Source: Microlunatus sp. (GTDB lineage Bacteria > Actinomycetota > Actinomycetes > Propionibacteriales > Propionibacteriaceae). Taken from it: a DNA stretch of 64,000 nucleotides. The translations under genes were made by a program, and so were the position numbers. Below are positions 1 through 11,853 of this stretch, piece by piece. How positions within the stretch are numbered: the stretch's first letter is position 1; each line of letters opens with the position of its first letter. The stretch covers positions 10,742 to 74,741 of the forward strand of contig DATDBH010000209.1 of NCBI GenBank assembly GCA_036524985.1, in the 5' to 3' direction. Below the pieces are notes generated by a model. The model saw only the letters and a program-made list of their open reading frames with translations, did no database searches and was not told the DNA's origin.

Positions 1-416
1 TCGAGGGTGCGGACGGTCTCCTCCAGCGGGGTCCACGGGTCGTACGCGTGCACCTGGTAGAGGTCCACGCGGTCCACCCCGAGCCGACGCAGTGAGTCGT
101 CCAACGCCCGGGTGAGGTGCCGTCGGGACAGCCCGAGCCCGTTCGGTTCGTCGGCCATGCCGAAGCGCCCCTTGGTGGCCAGCACGACCCGATCGGTCAC
201 CTCGGCCGGCCGATCCGCGAACCAGCGGCCGATGATCTCCTCCGAGACCCCGGCGGAGTAGACGTCGGCCGTGTCGACGAGCGTCCCGCCCGCCTCGAGG
301 AAGGTGTCGAGCAGTCGGTGCGAGGTCTCCGGGTCGGACTCGGCGCCGAAGGTCATCGTGCCCAGGCAGAGGTTGGAGACGGCGCAGCCACTGCGCCCGA
401 GAGTTCGGTAGTCCAT
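1..416 (-). CDS. aldo/keto reductase (5' part; runs off the window edge)
   Basis: Manual translation from ATG 416: [24 protein letters not shown]...[21 protein letters not shown], the typical AKR N-terminus with the DTADVY catalytic motif. Confidence 0.9.
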   Translation of the reverse strand, partial: MDYRTLGRSGCAVSNLCLGTMTFGAESDPETSHRLLDTFLEAGGTLVDTADVYSAGVSEEIIGRWFADRPAEVTDRVVLATKGRFGMADEPNGLGLSRRHLTRALDDSLRRLGVDRVDLYQVHAYDPWTPLEETVRTL

Positions 417-532
417 CCCTTGTTTCTACCCGCCCCGCCGACGTCGAAACGCAGGTATCGAAATCGGGCCTTCGAGTGTCCTCTCATGTGGCACCTATGG
501 GGGGCGCCGCATGTCCAACGGAAGGGGCATTC

Positions 533-2704
<2,172 letters not shown>

Positions 2705-2708
2705 GTCG

Positions 2709-3788
2709 ATGCCGACGCGCGCGGCCGCACCCTCGGGTGCGGCCGCTCCCCTGGCCGCCGCCGACAGCTCGGCACCGGTGTCCGCCCTGCTCGAGGTGGG
2801 TCTGCTCGACGAGATCGGCGCGATCGGCGCCCGGGTCGACGACATCTCGCGGGCCCATCCGGTCTGGCGGGTCGCACTCGCCGACGGCCGCCGTTGGGTG
2901 GTCAAGGCGGGCATCGGGCACGGCGGACCGGATCTGGCCGTCGAGTGCTTCGTCTACCGGATGACCTGGTGGTGCGAACCGCTGGCCGCCGCCCTGCCCG
3001 TGCCGCTGGCGGTGGACGAGGACCGCCAGCTGCTGGTCCTCTCCGACGTGGGCGGTGCGGACGGGACCGGATCGTTGGCCCAGCAGGTGGGGTTCCCCGC
3101 GCTCTTCGGGGTCGGCGGAGCCGTGCCGAGAGACGCGGTCTCGACCGTGGCCCCGACCACGACCCGTGCCCTGGGCCGGACCGTCGGCGCCCTGCACCGG
3201 GCCACGGCGGGCTTCCCACTGCCGCCGGCCCCGCCACCGCTGGTGCTTGGGCTCGTCGGTCGCACCGACCGGGCGGCCGATCGCGGCTCCCTCAGCGCGC
3301 CGGTCCGCGGCGCTGCGACCACTCTGGACGGCAGCCCGCCGGTTGTGGACGCCGTGGCGGAACTGCGGCGACCGGTGGCCGGGTGTCTGGTCAACCACGA
3401 CCTCAAGTGGGACAACGTGGTGCTGACCGGACCGACGCGGCGCCCCGTCCTGCTGGACTGGGAGCTGGCCGGACTCGGCGACCCCGCCTGGGATCTCGGT
3501 TCCCTGCTGGCCGAGCACCTCGTTCGGGCGCCGCGACTGGATGACACCGGACGAGCCCTGCTCGACGGCTACCGGGACGGGGCCCGCCTCCGCACCGACG
3601 TTCTGCCGACCTTCGCCCGCCGCGTCGTCCTGGCCGCCGGTCTGCGGATCGCCCAGCTCGCCCTCGAGGTGGCCTATACCCCGTACGCCGGAGACGGCGA
3701 CGCCGTGACCCGGCTGACCGAACGGACCGAGGCCGTGCTCGCCACCGCCACCCCGATGACCGAGGAGGTCCTCCGATGCCTCTCGTGA
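2709..3788 (+). CDS. APH-family phosphotransferase (LanK/TvaC-like Ser/Thr peptide kinase)
   Basis: WVVK, NHDLKWDNV catalytic loop and LLDWELAGLGDPAWDLG motif. Starts 4 nt after the S8 stop. Confidence 0.85.
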   Translation: MPTRAAAPSGAAAPLAAADSSAPVSALLEVGLLDEIGAIGARVDDISRAHPVWRVALADGRRWVVKAGIGHGGPDLAVECFVYRMTWWCEPLAAALPVPLAVDEDRQLLVLSDVGGADGTGSLAQQVGFPALFGVGGAVPRDAVSTVAPTTTRALGRTVGALHRATAGFPLPPAPPPLVLGLVGRTDRAADRGSLSAPVRGAATTLDGSPPVVDAVAELRRPVAGCLVNHDLKWDNVVLTGPTRRPVLLDWELAGLGDPAWDLGSLLAEHLVRAPRLDDTGRALLDGYRDGARLRTDVLPTFARRVVLAAGLRIAQLALEVAYTPYAGDGDAVTRLTERTEAVLATATPMTEEVLRCLS

Positions 3789-4780
3789 GCTCGCCCGGGG
3801 AGGTCGGGGCGGTCGACTCCTCCCCCACCACCCGAGAGGCCCGGGCCCTTGCCGACGTCCGTGACGCGCTGAGACTCGTCGCCGGGGACTCCCGTGCCCG
3901 TCAGCTGCTGAGCGAGACCGCTGCGGAACCGGACCCCGAGGGCTTGCTGGCCAGCTGGCTCTACGGCCGCTGGTGGTGCGGTCCCGCTGCTCCCACAGAT
4001 CCGACTCCGCCGAGTCAGCGCGCCGCGGCCCTGGGCGGCGCCCGGCTGGAGGCCGCCCGCCGGACTTCTGCGCCGACCTCGGCCGGCTGGCTGGTGCTGG
4101 CGGCGGTCGGCGACGTGCTGGTCGCCGCCCGCCACGACGGGCGGATCCGGATCGACACCCACGCCGTCGTCGCGTCGTCTCGCCCCGGCCGACCCGCGCG
4201 GCCCGGCGATCTGGTCACGCTGCAGCACGGCAGCTCGAGTCTCGATCCCTCGGCTGCCTGGTGGTGGGCGCACGCCGGGCGGGCCGACGACCTGGCCGAC
4301 TCCGCGCTCGACCGGTGGTACGTACACGCGCGCGGGCTGGCGAGTGCGTGCGCGGTCGTGCCGCTGCTGCTGGAGGTCGCGACCGAGGTGGACTGTCCGC
4401 TGTCGCTCAAGTGCCCACCGGTGGAGCAGGGGTACGGTCGCCGCGACGCGCTGGTCGCCTACCTGCCGCGCGATGCCTCCCGGCGGGCCGAGACCGCCCT
4501 CCGACAGCGGGCCCGCCCGCTCGGTGTGCTCCTCGAGCCCGACGTCCCGCCGTGCACCCGCCGACTGCTGCCGGGCGTGGCACAGGCCGAAGACCCCGGT
4601 GCGCGGGATGGCGAAGCAGCACGATCCGACACCGGAGTCAGCTACGGCCAGCTGCGCTGCAGTCAGGTGGCCGCCCTGGCGGCCAGACTCTCCGGCCGTT
4701 CGATCTCCGACCGGTCGCTCACGGCGGCGCTGGCGGATCTTGGGATGGACACGTACGCGATCGAGAAGGTACGCCGATGA
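3776..4780 (+). CDS. HopA1-family protein (LanY/TvaD-like phospho-Ser/Thr lyase)
   Basis: RWYVH, LSLKC, RRDALVAYL, GVAQAEDP and SYGQLRC match motifs I recognise from the HopA1 effector-like family. GAGGAGG RBS; overlaps the kinase stop. Confidence 0.78.
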   Translation: MPLVSSPGEVGAVDSSPTTREARALADVRDALRLVAGDSRARQLLSETAAEPDPEGLLASWLYGRWWCGPAAPTDPTPPSQRAAALGGARLEAARRTSAPTSAGWLVLAAVGDVLVAARHDGRIRIDTHAVVASSRPGRPARPGDLVTLQHGSSSLDPSAAWWWAHAGRADDLADSALDRWYVHARGLASACAVVPLLLEVATEVDCPLSLKCPPVEQGYGRRDALVAYLPRDASRRAETALRQRARPLGVLLEPDVPPCTRRLLPGVAQAEDPGARDGEAARSDTGVSYGQLRCSQVAALAARLSGRSISDRSLTAALADLGMDTYAIEKVRR

Positions 4781-6075
4781 TCGAGGGGCCCTTCGACTCG
4801 GAGTACGCCGCCGCGGCCCGCCACCTCGCGGAGCGCCTGCAGTCGCTGGCCACGCCCGGTCCGGGCGGTGCACCGGTCTGGTCCGGCGATGACGTCGACC
4901 CGGCCCGCTCGACCGAGCAACGGGTTGTTCTCACCCACGGTCGGCTGGACGACGGGCTCCTCACCGGACGGACCGGGATCGCCACGACGCTTGCCGCCTG
5001 CGCTCGGTTGCCCGGCGGCCGCGCCGAGTGGTCCGACCTGGCCGGACGGGCGCTGGGTTCGGCGGTCCGGATCGCCCTCGACGCGACGCCGGAGCCCGGT
5101 GGTATCGGCTGGTCGAGTGGCTGGCTCGGCACCGCCCGGGCCGCTGGTCTGGTCGGGCACTGGACCGGCGATGGTGCGCTGGTCGACGCCGGCCGCAGCC
5201 TGGCCGGTCGGGCCGTGCAGGTGCTCGCCCGTGCGCCCGAGGTGTGCCCGGACTATCCCGACCTGCTCGACGGCTGGGCCGGGCATCTGACCGCGGTGCT
5301 GGCCGCCGAGGTCGAGCCCAGCCTCGAATCGACCCGCGACGCGGCGGCCGCGGTCCTGCTCGAGCGCCTGCTCCCGTTTGCCGACGACGGATCGCCGGTG
5401 GGCGGTCCGGTGAGTTGGCCGATGGCCGGCACGGGGCCGGCCGTGATCGGTCTGGCCCACGGCGGCTCGGGTATCTCGTGTGCGCTGGCCGGCGCTCGGG
5501 CGGTCGGTCTCGCCACCGACGAGCCGCTGGCCGCGCTGATCGCTCGCACCGTGCGGTGGGAGGAGGGCCACTTCCGCCCCGAGAGCGGCGGCTGGCCCGA
5601 TCTGCGCAGCGATGCCGACGTACCGGGCCTGGCCTGGTGCCACGGAGCCCCGGGGGTGGGTATCGCGGCGGCCTACCGCATGCTCGCGGGCACACCCGAA
5701 GGCGCCGAGCTCACCTTCGCGCGGGCGAGCCGGATGGTGCACGCGCACGGCTCGCCGAACGGCACGGCCTCCTTCGACGGCACCCTCTGCCACGGGCTGG
5801 CGGGACTCGTCGAGCTGCACCTGCTCGGCGCGGAGGCGTGGCCGAGTGCGGGTCGAGAGCATCTGGCGGCCGCCCGGACCCTGGCCCGACACCTGACGCG
5901 GGCGGGCAGGTCGGGTCCGGGCTGGGTCTGCGGGGTCCGTGGCGGCCGGACGCCGAACGTGCTCACCGGCCTGGCAGGCGTCGCGTACACGCTCGTGCGC
6001 TGTCATGATCCGGCGCTGGCGCCCAGCCTGGCCCATCCGGGCCTGCCGTCCCGTGTACCGTCGCCGGCCGCCTGA
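4777..6075 (+). CDS. lanthionine synthetase C-like (LanC) cyclase
   Basis: GLAHGGSG, AWCHGAPG and TLCHGLAG give the catalytic His and the Cys/Cys-His zinc ligands. ATGA overlap with the upstream gene. Confidence 0.9.
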   Translation: MIEGPFDSEYAAAARHLAERLQSLATPGPGGAPVWSGDDVDPARSTEQRVVLTHGRLDDGLLTGRTGIATTLAACARLPGGRAEWSDLAGRALGSAVRIALDATPEPGGIGWSSGWLGTARAAGLVGHWTGDGALVDAGRSLAGRAVQVLARAPEVCPDYPDLLDGWAGHLTAVLAAEVEPSLESTRDAAAAVLLERLLPFADDGSPVGGPVSWPMAGTGPAVIGLAHGGSGISCALAGARAVGLATDEPLAALIARTVRWEEGHFRPESGGWPDLRSDADVPGLAWCHGAPGVGIAAAYRMLAGTPEGAELTFARASRMVHAHGSPNGTASFDGTLCHGLAGLVELHLLGAEAWPSAGREHLAAARTLARHLTRAGRSGPGWVCGVRGGRTPNVLTGLAGVAYTLVRCHDPALAPSLAHPGLPSRVPSPAA

Positions 6076-6113
6076 CCCTTCCGTACGTCCGCGACAAGGT
6101 CGACGATGGCACC

Positions 6114-6347
6114 ATGTCGACCCGCGTTCTCGTGACCCTGCAGCCCGACGCCAGCCCCGAGCAGGTGGCCGACGCCCTGACGGGCCTGGGCGCGATCGAG
6201 GTCCAACCACCGCAACCCGAGCTGCCGGGCGTCTGCATCGCCACCGTCGACGAGCAGCAGCACCCCCCGGCCGCGTGGGCGACCGAGGCCGGTCGGCTCC
6301 CGGGCGTGGCCGGGGCCGAGGTCGATCAGCTCCGCTGGAGCCTGTAA
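6114..6347 (+). CDS. 77-aa stand-alone subtilase prodomain / peptidase inhibitor I9-like protein
   Basis: VLVTLQPDA matches VLLTLQPDA in the S8 prodomain. The C-terminus LPGVAGAEVDQLRWSL parallels LAQVDSVELAEPNRWRET. Confidence 0.65.
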   Translation: MSTRVLVTLQPDASPEQVADALTGLGAIEVQPPQPELPGVCIATVDEQQHPPAAWATEAGRLPGVAGAEVDQLRWSL

Positions 6348-6379
6348 CCCCGGCCCGGCCCGTGGGCCGAAGGAGCCGA

Positions 6380-7418
6380 TCAGCAGGCGACCGGGGTTCC
6401 GTCGGCGATCTTGTCCTGCGACCGGCTGTCGAACAGCAGCGGGATCAGCCCTCGGGTCGGCTGCGCCAGGGTGACGTAGCGACCGTCGGCGTTGTTGCGA
6501 CTGGTGATCCCGTGCAGCGCCAGGGTGGACCGGACGTCGGTGAAGGTCGCCGTCGACAGCTGGCAGCCGCACATCGGCTTGGGCTCCACCTGGGACGCGC
6601 TGGTCGGGATCATGTCGTCCTGGCCCGCGAAGTAGATGACACCGTCGCCCGCCCGGCCCATCTCGGTGTTCCGCGTCGCGGCCGCGGCGGTCTCGCGCTG
6701 CAGCAGGTCGCGGTTCTCGATGACCATCTGCACCGAGCCGACGGCGCTCGCGTAGTTGACCTCGACCCGGCGTCGGTTGAGCAGCGACGGATCGGCCTCC
6801 TCCGCGTCGTCCAGGGCCTCGCTGGCCGTCTCCGACTGCATCCCCGCGACGTTCACCAGACCGGCGTAGTTGCGGAGGATCCGCGCCTGGCCGTCACCGG
6901 CGACCTGACGGAACGGCTCCCCGTCCTTCACCAGCTGACCGTAGATCCCGGACGTGTAACCCAGGCTGGTCACCTGCGCCGAGGAGTACTTCTCACTCAT
7001 CTGCTGAGCCAGATCGTGCATGATCGGGTCGACGTTCCGGTTGCGCGGCCACAGGTGCAACAGATCGGTGTCGTAGAACTCGCTGGGACCGAACTCGTGC
7101 AGGTCGTTGAGCACATCAGGCTTCCAGTCCCGGATGATCTTGGCGATCGCCCGTGCCTCCGGGGTGTCGAGGGCCATGTAGTCCCGGTTCACGTCGACGC
7201 CCTCGGCGTTGCCCCGGGTGTCGGCGACCCAACCGTCCGGGTTGGGGTTCACCAGCAGGACGGTGGTCCGCTCCAGGAACCGGCCGAGGGTGGCGTCGGT
7301 GGTGAAGGCCAGGTCCTGCGCCCTTCGGTGGATCCGCGACGGCCTCGTTCACCGCCACCAGCGCCATCGATGTTGCGAGTCCTGCGGCCACCATGGCGGC
7401 CATCAACCTTCGTCTCAC
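6380..7418 (-). pseudogene. M14 zinc carboxypeptidase, disrupted (internal deletion plus frameshift after the signal peptide)
   Basis: GTG 7418 with RBS encodes a signal peptide ending ...AVADPPK. The frame then switches near 7320 to DLAFTTD...NPDG...VDVNRD...DLHE. The HxxE zinc-binding region is missing. Confidence 0.75.
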
Positions 7419-7517
7419 CCTCAGTCCTTCCGACTGAAGCCCCGCAGCACCTGAAGGATCCTGTGCGGCGCGGCGTCTGGTCCCCGAGCTGAAGGACACC
7501 CGACGCCGTACGCAGCC

Positions 7518-7596
7518 GAACATTCCGTCACTCGACGGCATCTGCCACACCCGACCCCGAGCGCGGCCGAACACTCCATCGAGTGACGGAATGTTC
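7518..7596. repeat. inverted doublet of a 21-nt REP-like unit (GAACATTCCGTCACTCGACGG)
   Basis: 7518-7538 and 7576-7596 are inverted copies with 1 mismatch. The same unit occurs at 35901, 35951 and 37111. Confidence 0.85.
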
Positions 7597-7637
7597 AGAG
7601 TCGGAGCAGGCAGAGGTGGCAGGAAGCGTCGGCGCGG

Positions 7638-8621
7638 TCAGTGCGTGGGTGCGCCCGGCCGGTCGGGACGCGGCGCGGGGGCGTAGGCCTCGTGGTAGAT
7701 GTCGGGCTCGAGGTAGAGCGCGGTGACCATCGGTTCGGCGGCACGGACGGCGACTTCCGCTGCGTCGATCGTGTCGGCCACCTCCTGCGCCGACGAGGCC
7801 GCCCGTACGCCGATCTTGGCGGCGACCAGGATCTCCTCCGGTCCGAGGTGCAGCGTCTTCATATGGATGACCCGTTCGACCCCGGAGACCCCGGCCAGGG
7901 CGCTCTCGATCCGACCGACGGCCTCCGGGGTCGCGGACTCACCGAGCAACAGGCTCTTGGTCTCGATCGCCAAGGTGATGGCCACGGCGACCAGCAGCAG
8001 CCCGATCATGGCCGTGCCGATCACGTCGAAGATGCCGTTGTGGGTGATCAGCGTGAGCCCCACGCCGAACAGCGCGAACAGCAGGCCGAGCAGCGCGGCG
8101 AAGTCCTCCAGCAGCACCACCGGCAACTCGGGCGCCTTGGCCGCCTTGATGAAGCGCGCCCACGACTGGCGCCCCTTGGTCTTCGACGACTCCCGGATGG
8201 CGGTCCGGAAGGAGAAGGACTCGGCCACGATCGCCAACCCGAGCACCAGCAGCGGTACCCACCACCACGAGCTCTCCAGCAGGCTGTTGGGATGCCCGGA
8301 GTGGACCTCCTCGAACTTGTGGTACGCCTCGTAGAGGGCGAACAGGCCACCGACGGTGAACAGCACGATCGAGACGATGAACGCGTAGATGTAGCGCTCG
8401 CGGCCGAAGCCGAAGGGGTGCTCGGGCGTCGCTGCCCGCTGCGCCCTCTTGCCGCCGATCAGCAGCAGCGCCTGGTTCCCCGAGTCGGCCACGGAGTGGA
8501 TCGCCTCGGCCAGCATCGACGACGCCCCGGTCAGGGCCCAGGCCCCGAACTTCGTCACGGCGATGAACAGGTTCGCGGTCAGCGCGGCGACGACGGCCCG
8601 GGTTCCACCTTCGGTACTCAC
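7638..8621 (-). CDS. cation diffusion facilitator family transporter
   Basis: SMLAEAIHSVADSGNQ, EHPFGFGRERY and VLLEDFAAL motifs; multiple TM helices. Confidence 0.92.
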   Translation of the reverse strand: MSTEGGTRAVVAALTANLFIAVTKFGAWALTGASSMLAEAIHSVADSGNQALLLIGGKRAQRAATPEHPFGFGRERYIYAFIVSIVLFTVGGLFALYEAYHKFEEVHSGHPNSLLESSWWWVPLLVLGLAIVAESFSFRTAIRESSKTKGRQSWARFIKAAKAPELPVVLLEDFAALLGLLFALFGVGLTLITHNGIFDVIGTAMIGLLLVAVAITLAIETKSLLLGESATPEAVGRIESALAGVSGVERVIHMKTLHLGPEEILVAAKIGVRAASSAQEVADTIDAAEVAVRAAEPMVTALYLEPDIYHEAYAPAPRPDRPGAPTH

Positions 8622-8643
8622 CCTGAACCACCCTCGGTGCTCA

Positions 8644-9666
8644 TCAGCCGGCCAGGTAGCGGCCGAGTCCGACGGCCAGGTAGACGGAGGCGTACATGCC
8701 GGTCTGCAGCAGGGTGGCGTAGCGCTCGACGTCGGAGCCGCTGGCGTGCTGGATCACGCAGACCCGGATGTCGTTGCGTTCGGCGGTGGCCTTGAGCCGC
8801 GCCTCGGCCGTGCGGATCGGCGACTCCGGATTGCCGTCGTCCAAGATCACCAGCGCCGGGCGCCGGTCGGCCGAGACCGCATCCTCGAAGGGGTCGGCGA
8901 ACGGATCGTGGGGTTCGGCCGACTCGAGCACCGGGATCAGCTCGTCGGCGTCGGCGGCCAGCGCGGCCCGGCCGCTGCCGGCCCGCAGCGCCTCGGCGAC
9001 CCGACGGCTGGCGCGGGCCGCCAGCACCGAACCGCCCCAGACCAGCGGCTGTGCCTCGGCCAACCCGGTGGCCAGGTCCTTGGCCGGGTTCTCCGCCACA
9101 TCGGTGTACGGCGAGCAGTCGGTGGCCACCTGGTCCATCGCGTCGGCCACCCGCCACGGGTCGACCTCGGGTCCCAGCTGCATCCGGTGCAGCGCGGCCA
9201 GGGAGACGATCGCCGCGGCCAGCGGGTCGGCGGTCGCCGTCGGCAGCAGGATGGTCGAGCTCGAACCGGCGTGATCGGCGATGGTCGACGCAGGTGGGCA
9301 GGCGATCAGGAGCTGCGCCCCCCGGCGTACGGCCTCGTGCACGGTCGCCACCAGGGCGGGCGAGCTGGCCTCGCTGGCCATCACCACCACGACGTCGAGT
9401 GCACCGACCCAGCCGGGCAGACCGTAGGCGGGCCAGGCGACGAACGGGACCGGGCAGACCGGCTCGAGCATGGCGCGGATGAACCGGGCCTCGCTGCCGG
9501 CCGTGATCACCGCCCGGGGGCGGTCGAGCTGGCCGATCTTCAGCAGCGGCTCCTCCGCCTCACCGATCTCTCGCCGCAGCCGCGCTCCCGCCTCGGCGAG
9601 TCGCCGCAGGGCGACGTCGGCCCTGCGCAGGGCCTGCTGGTCCTCCAGCCACGCATCGTCGAACAT
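8644..9666 (-). CDS. SIS-domain phosphosugar isomerase-like protein (PGI/PMI-like, TobH-like)
   Basis: LPGWVGALDVVVV and NPAKDLA motifs; conserved position next to Trm112 and the phosphomannomutase. Confidence 0.8.
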   Translation of the reverse strand: MFDDAWLEDQQALRRADVALRRLAEAGARLRREIGEAEEPLLKIGQLDRPRAVITAGSEARFIRAMLEPVCPVPFVAWPAYGLPGWVGALDVVVVMASEASSPALVATVHEAVRRGAQLLIACPPASTIADHAGSSSTILLPTATADPLAAAIVSLAALHRMQLGPEVDPWRVADAMDQVATDCSPYTDVAENPAKDLATGLAEAQPLVWGGSVLAARASRRVAEALRAGSGRAALAADADELIPVLESAEPHDPFADPFEDAVSADRRPALVILDDGNPESPIRTAEARLKATAERNDIRVCVIQHASGSDVERYATLLQTGMYASVYLAVGLGRYLAG

Positions 9667-9669
9667 CGG

Positions 9670-9993
9670 TCAGGGACGCTCGTCGCCGTCCGCGACCGGC
9701 CCGTCGGTCGCCGAGGACCGCGCGGAACCGAGCGAGGCGGCAGAGCCGGCGGAACCACCGGACACCGGCTCCGCGGATGCGGCCGAGGAGGCCGAGCCAC
9801 CCGGCAGATCGGGACCCGGGCGGCGCGCCTCGTCGATCAGCAGCACCGGGATCCCCTGCCGCACCGGGTAGGCCAGGCCACAGTCCGTCGCCAGGCAGAC
9901 CAGCTCGTCGCGATCGTGATCGACCGCCAGCGAGCCGTGGCAGTTGGGACACGCCAAGATGTCGAGCAGCTCGGGCGCCAGGTCGATGGCCAT
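9670..9993 (-). CDS. Trm112 family protein
   Basis: LLDILACPNCHGSL...CGLAYPVRQGIPVLLIDEAR. Confidence 0.9.
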   Translation of the reverse strand: MAIDLAPELLDILACPNCHGSLAVDHDRDELVCLATDCGLAYPVRQGIPVLLIDEARRPGPDLPGGSASSAASAEPVSGGSAGSAASLGSARSSATDGPVADGDERP

Positions 9994-10048
9994 GCAGTCT
10001 CCTCCGTCGGGGAAGGTCGGTGTGCGACCCTCCAGTTCTACCGCACGG

Positions 10049-11404
10049 TCACGCGCGGATGATGGCCAAGGCCTCGTCCCGCAGGGCGTCGACCTGCTCG
10101 GCGGTCGGCGCCTCCACGTTCAGCCGGAGCAGCGGCTCGGTGTTGCTCGCCCGGACGTTGACCCACCACCCGTCACCGGTGAGCGTGAGCCCGTCGATCC
10201 GGTCCGGCACGGCCCGGCCGCCGAACTGGGCTTCGAGGGTCCGCAGGATCGGCTCGACCTCGGCGACGGTGGAGTTGATCTCTCCCGAGGCGGCGAACAG
10301 GCTGTACTGCGCGACCAGCTCCGACAGCGGCACGTCCGTCTCGCCGACGGCCGCCAGCATGTGCAGCGCCGCCAGCATGCCGGTGTCGGCCCCCCAGAAG
10401 TCCCGGAAGTAGAAGTGTGCGGAGTGCTCCCCGCCGAACACCGCAGCGTGCTCGGCCATGGCCGCCTTGACGAAGGTGTGCCCCACCCGCGTGATCACGG
10501 TCCGGCCACCGGCCGCGGCCACCAGCTCCGGCACCGAGTGCGAGGTGATCTTGTTGATCACGATGGTGCCGCCCGGGTCACGCGCCAGCTCGCGGACCGC
10601 GATCAGCCCGGTGATGGCCGACGGTGAGACCACCTCACCCCGCTCGTCGATCACGAAGCAGCGGTCGGCGTCGCCGTCGAACACCACCGCCAGATCGGCG
10701 CCGTGCTCGCGCACCGCCGCCTGCGCGTCGACCAGGTTGGCCGGCTCCAGCGGGTTCGGCGGGTGGTTCGGGAAGCTGCCGTCCAGGTCCAGGTAGAGGC
10801 CGAGGATCTCCAGGTTCTGTCCGGCCAGGACGGCCGGGGTGGTCAGCCCACCCATCCCGTTCCCGGCGTCCACCACCACCTTGAGCCGACGGATACCGGA
10901 CAGGTCGACCAGTGACAGCAGGTGCTCCGCGTACGCGCCGAGCAGGTCCTGCTCGCTCCGGTGGCCCGGCCGGACGGCCGGCGTCGCCCCCTCCGCCAGC
11001 GCGCGCTCACGGATCGCCACCAGGTCCTCCGGCTCGACCGGCCGTGCCCCCGGGTGACAGAACTTGACGCCGTTGTAGGTCCCGGGATTGTGGCTGGCGG
11101 TGAACATCGCCCCGGGCAGCCCGAGCGACCCCGAGGCGAACCAGAGCCCGTCGGTGCTGGCCAGCCCGATGTCGACCACGTCGGCCCCACGGCTCAGCAC
11201 CCCCTCGGCGAAGGCGGCGGCGAGCTCGGGACTGGTCGTCCGCATGTCCCGGCCCAGCACCAGGGCGCCCGCACCGTCGGCGATCTCGAAGACGTCGGCG
11301 CTGGCCGCGCCGATGGCGAAGGCACCGGTCGCGTCCCACTCGGGGTCGGGGCCGGTGGCGATGCCCCGGATGTCGTTGGCCTTGAAGATGCGCGCGTGGA
11401 TCAT
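10049..11404 (-). CDS. manB: phosphomannomutase/phosphoglucomutase
   Basis: FKANDIRG, TASHNP phosphoserine loop, FDGDADR and GGEHSAHFY. Confidence 0.93.
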   Translation of the reverse strand: MIHARIFKANDIRGIATGPDPEWDATGAFAIGAASADVFEIADGAGALVLGRDMRTTSPELAAAFAEGVLSRGADVVDIGLASTDGLWFASGSLGLPGAMFTASHNPGTYNGVKFCHPGARPVEPEDLVAIRERALAEGATPAVRPGHRSEQDLLGAYAEHLLSLVDLSGIRRLKVVVDAGNGMGGLTTPAVLAGQNLEILGLYLDLDGSFPNHPPNPLEPANLVDAQAAVREHGADLAVVFDGDADRCFVIDERGEVVSPSAITGLIAVRELARDPGGTIVINKITSHSVPELVAAAGGRTVITRVGHTFVKAAMAEHAAVFGGEHSAHFYFRDFWGADTGMLAALHMLAAVGETDVPLSELVAQYSLFAASGEINSTVAEVEPILRTLEAQFGGRAVPDRIDGLTLTGDGWWVNVRASNTEPLLRLNVEAPTAEQVDALRDEALAIIRA

Positions 11405-11434
11405 GGTCCGCTGATCCTAAGCGGGTTCGGGCGG

Positions 11435-11818
11435 TCAGGCGTCCGGATCCGCGAGCACGGTGAGGTGACCTCGGCGACCCAGCTCGACGATGCCGGACCG
11501 GTGCTCCTGGGTTCGCGGCTCGGCCGTCCCCGCCGGCACCGGCTGATCGTAGGAGAATCCGACCTCCCGGACCGCGTCCGCGAGGGCGAGCAGGTCGTCG
11601 ACATTGGGCTCCTGCTCCGCCGACGCCTCCAACCGGATCACCTCCCACCCGCGCGGGGCGGACAGGTTCTGCGCATGCTGGTGGCACAAGTCGTAGCCGT
11701 GGGGCTCGTTGCGCGCCGCCAACGGGCCGAGGACGGCGGTGGAGTCGACGTACACGTACGTCAGCGTCGCCACCGCAGCACCCGGGCAGCCTGCTCGCGA
11801 ACACCGCCGTGACACCAC
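11435..11818 (-). CDS. DUF3499 family protein
   Basis: RRCSRAGC...AVATLTYVYVDSTAVLGPL...YDLCHQHA...APRGWEVIRL; conserved synteny. Confidence 0.88.
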   Translation of the reverse strand: MVSRRCSRAGCPGAAVATLTYVYVDSTAVLGPLAARNEPHGYDLCHQHAQNLSAPRGWEVIRLEASAEQEPNVDDLLALADAVREVGFSYDQPVPAGTAEPRTQEHRSGIVELGRRGHLTVLADPDA

Positions 11819-11853
11819 GGCCGAGACGCTACCCGCGGGTTAGAGTGCACGCC

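Noticed and set aside
417-532. Search for a separate short lanthipeptide precursor upstream of, or within, the cluster
   Set aside because: No small ORF with an RBS and a Ser/Thr/Cys-rich core was found; the 77-aa ORF has a single Cys and resembles a prodomain.
3973-4776. Apparent 270-aa N-terminal extension of LanC in the ORF track
   Set aside because: It overlaps the HopA1-like gene in another frame; the ATGA overlap at 4777 gives the credible start.
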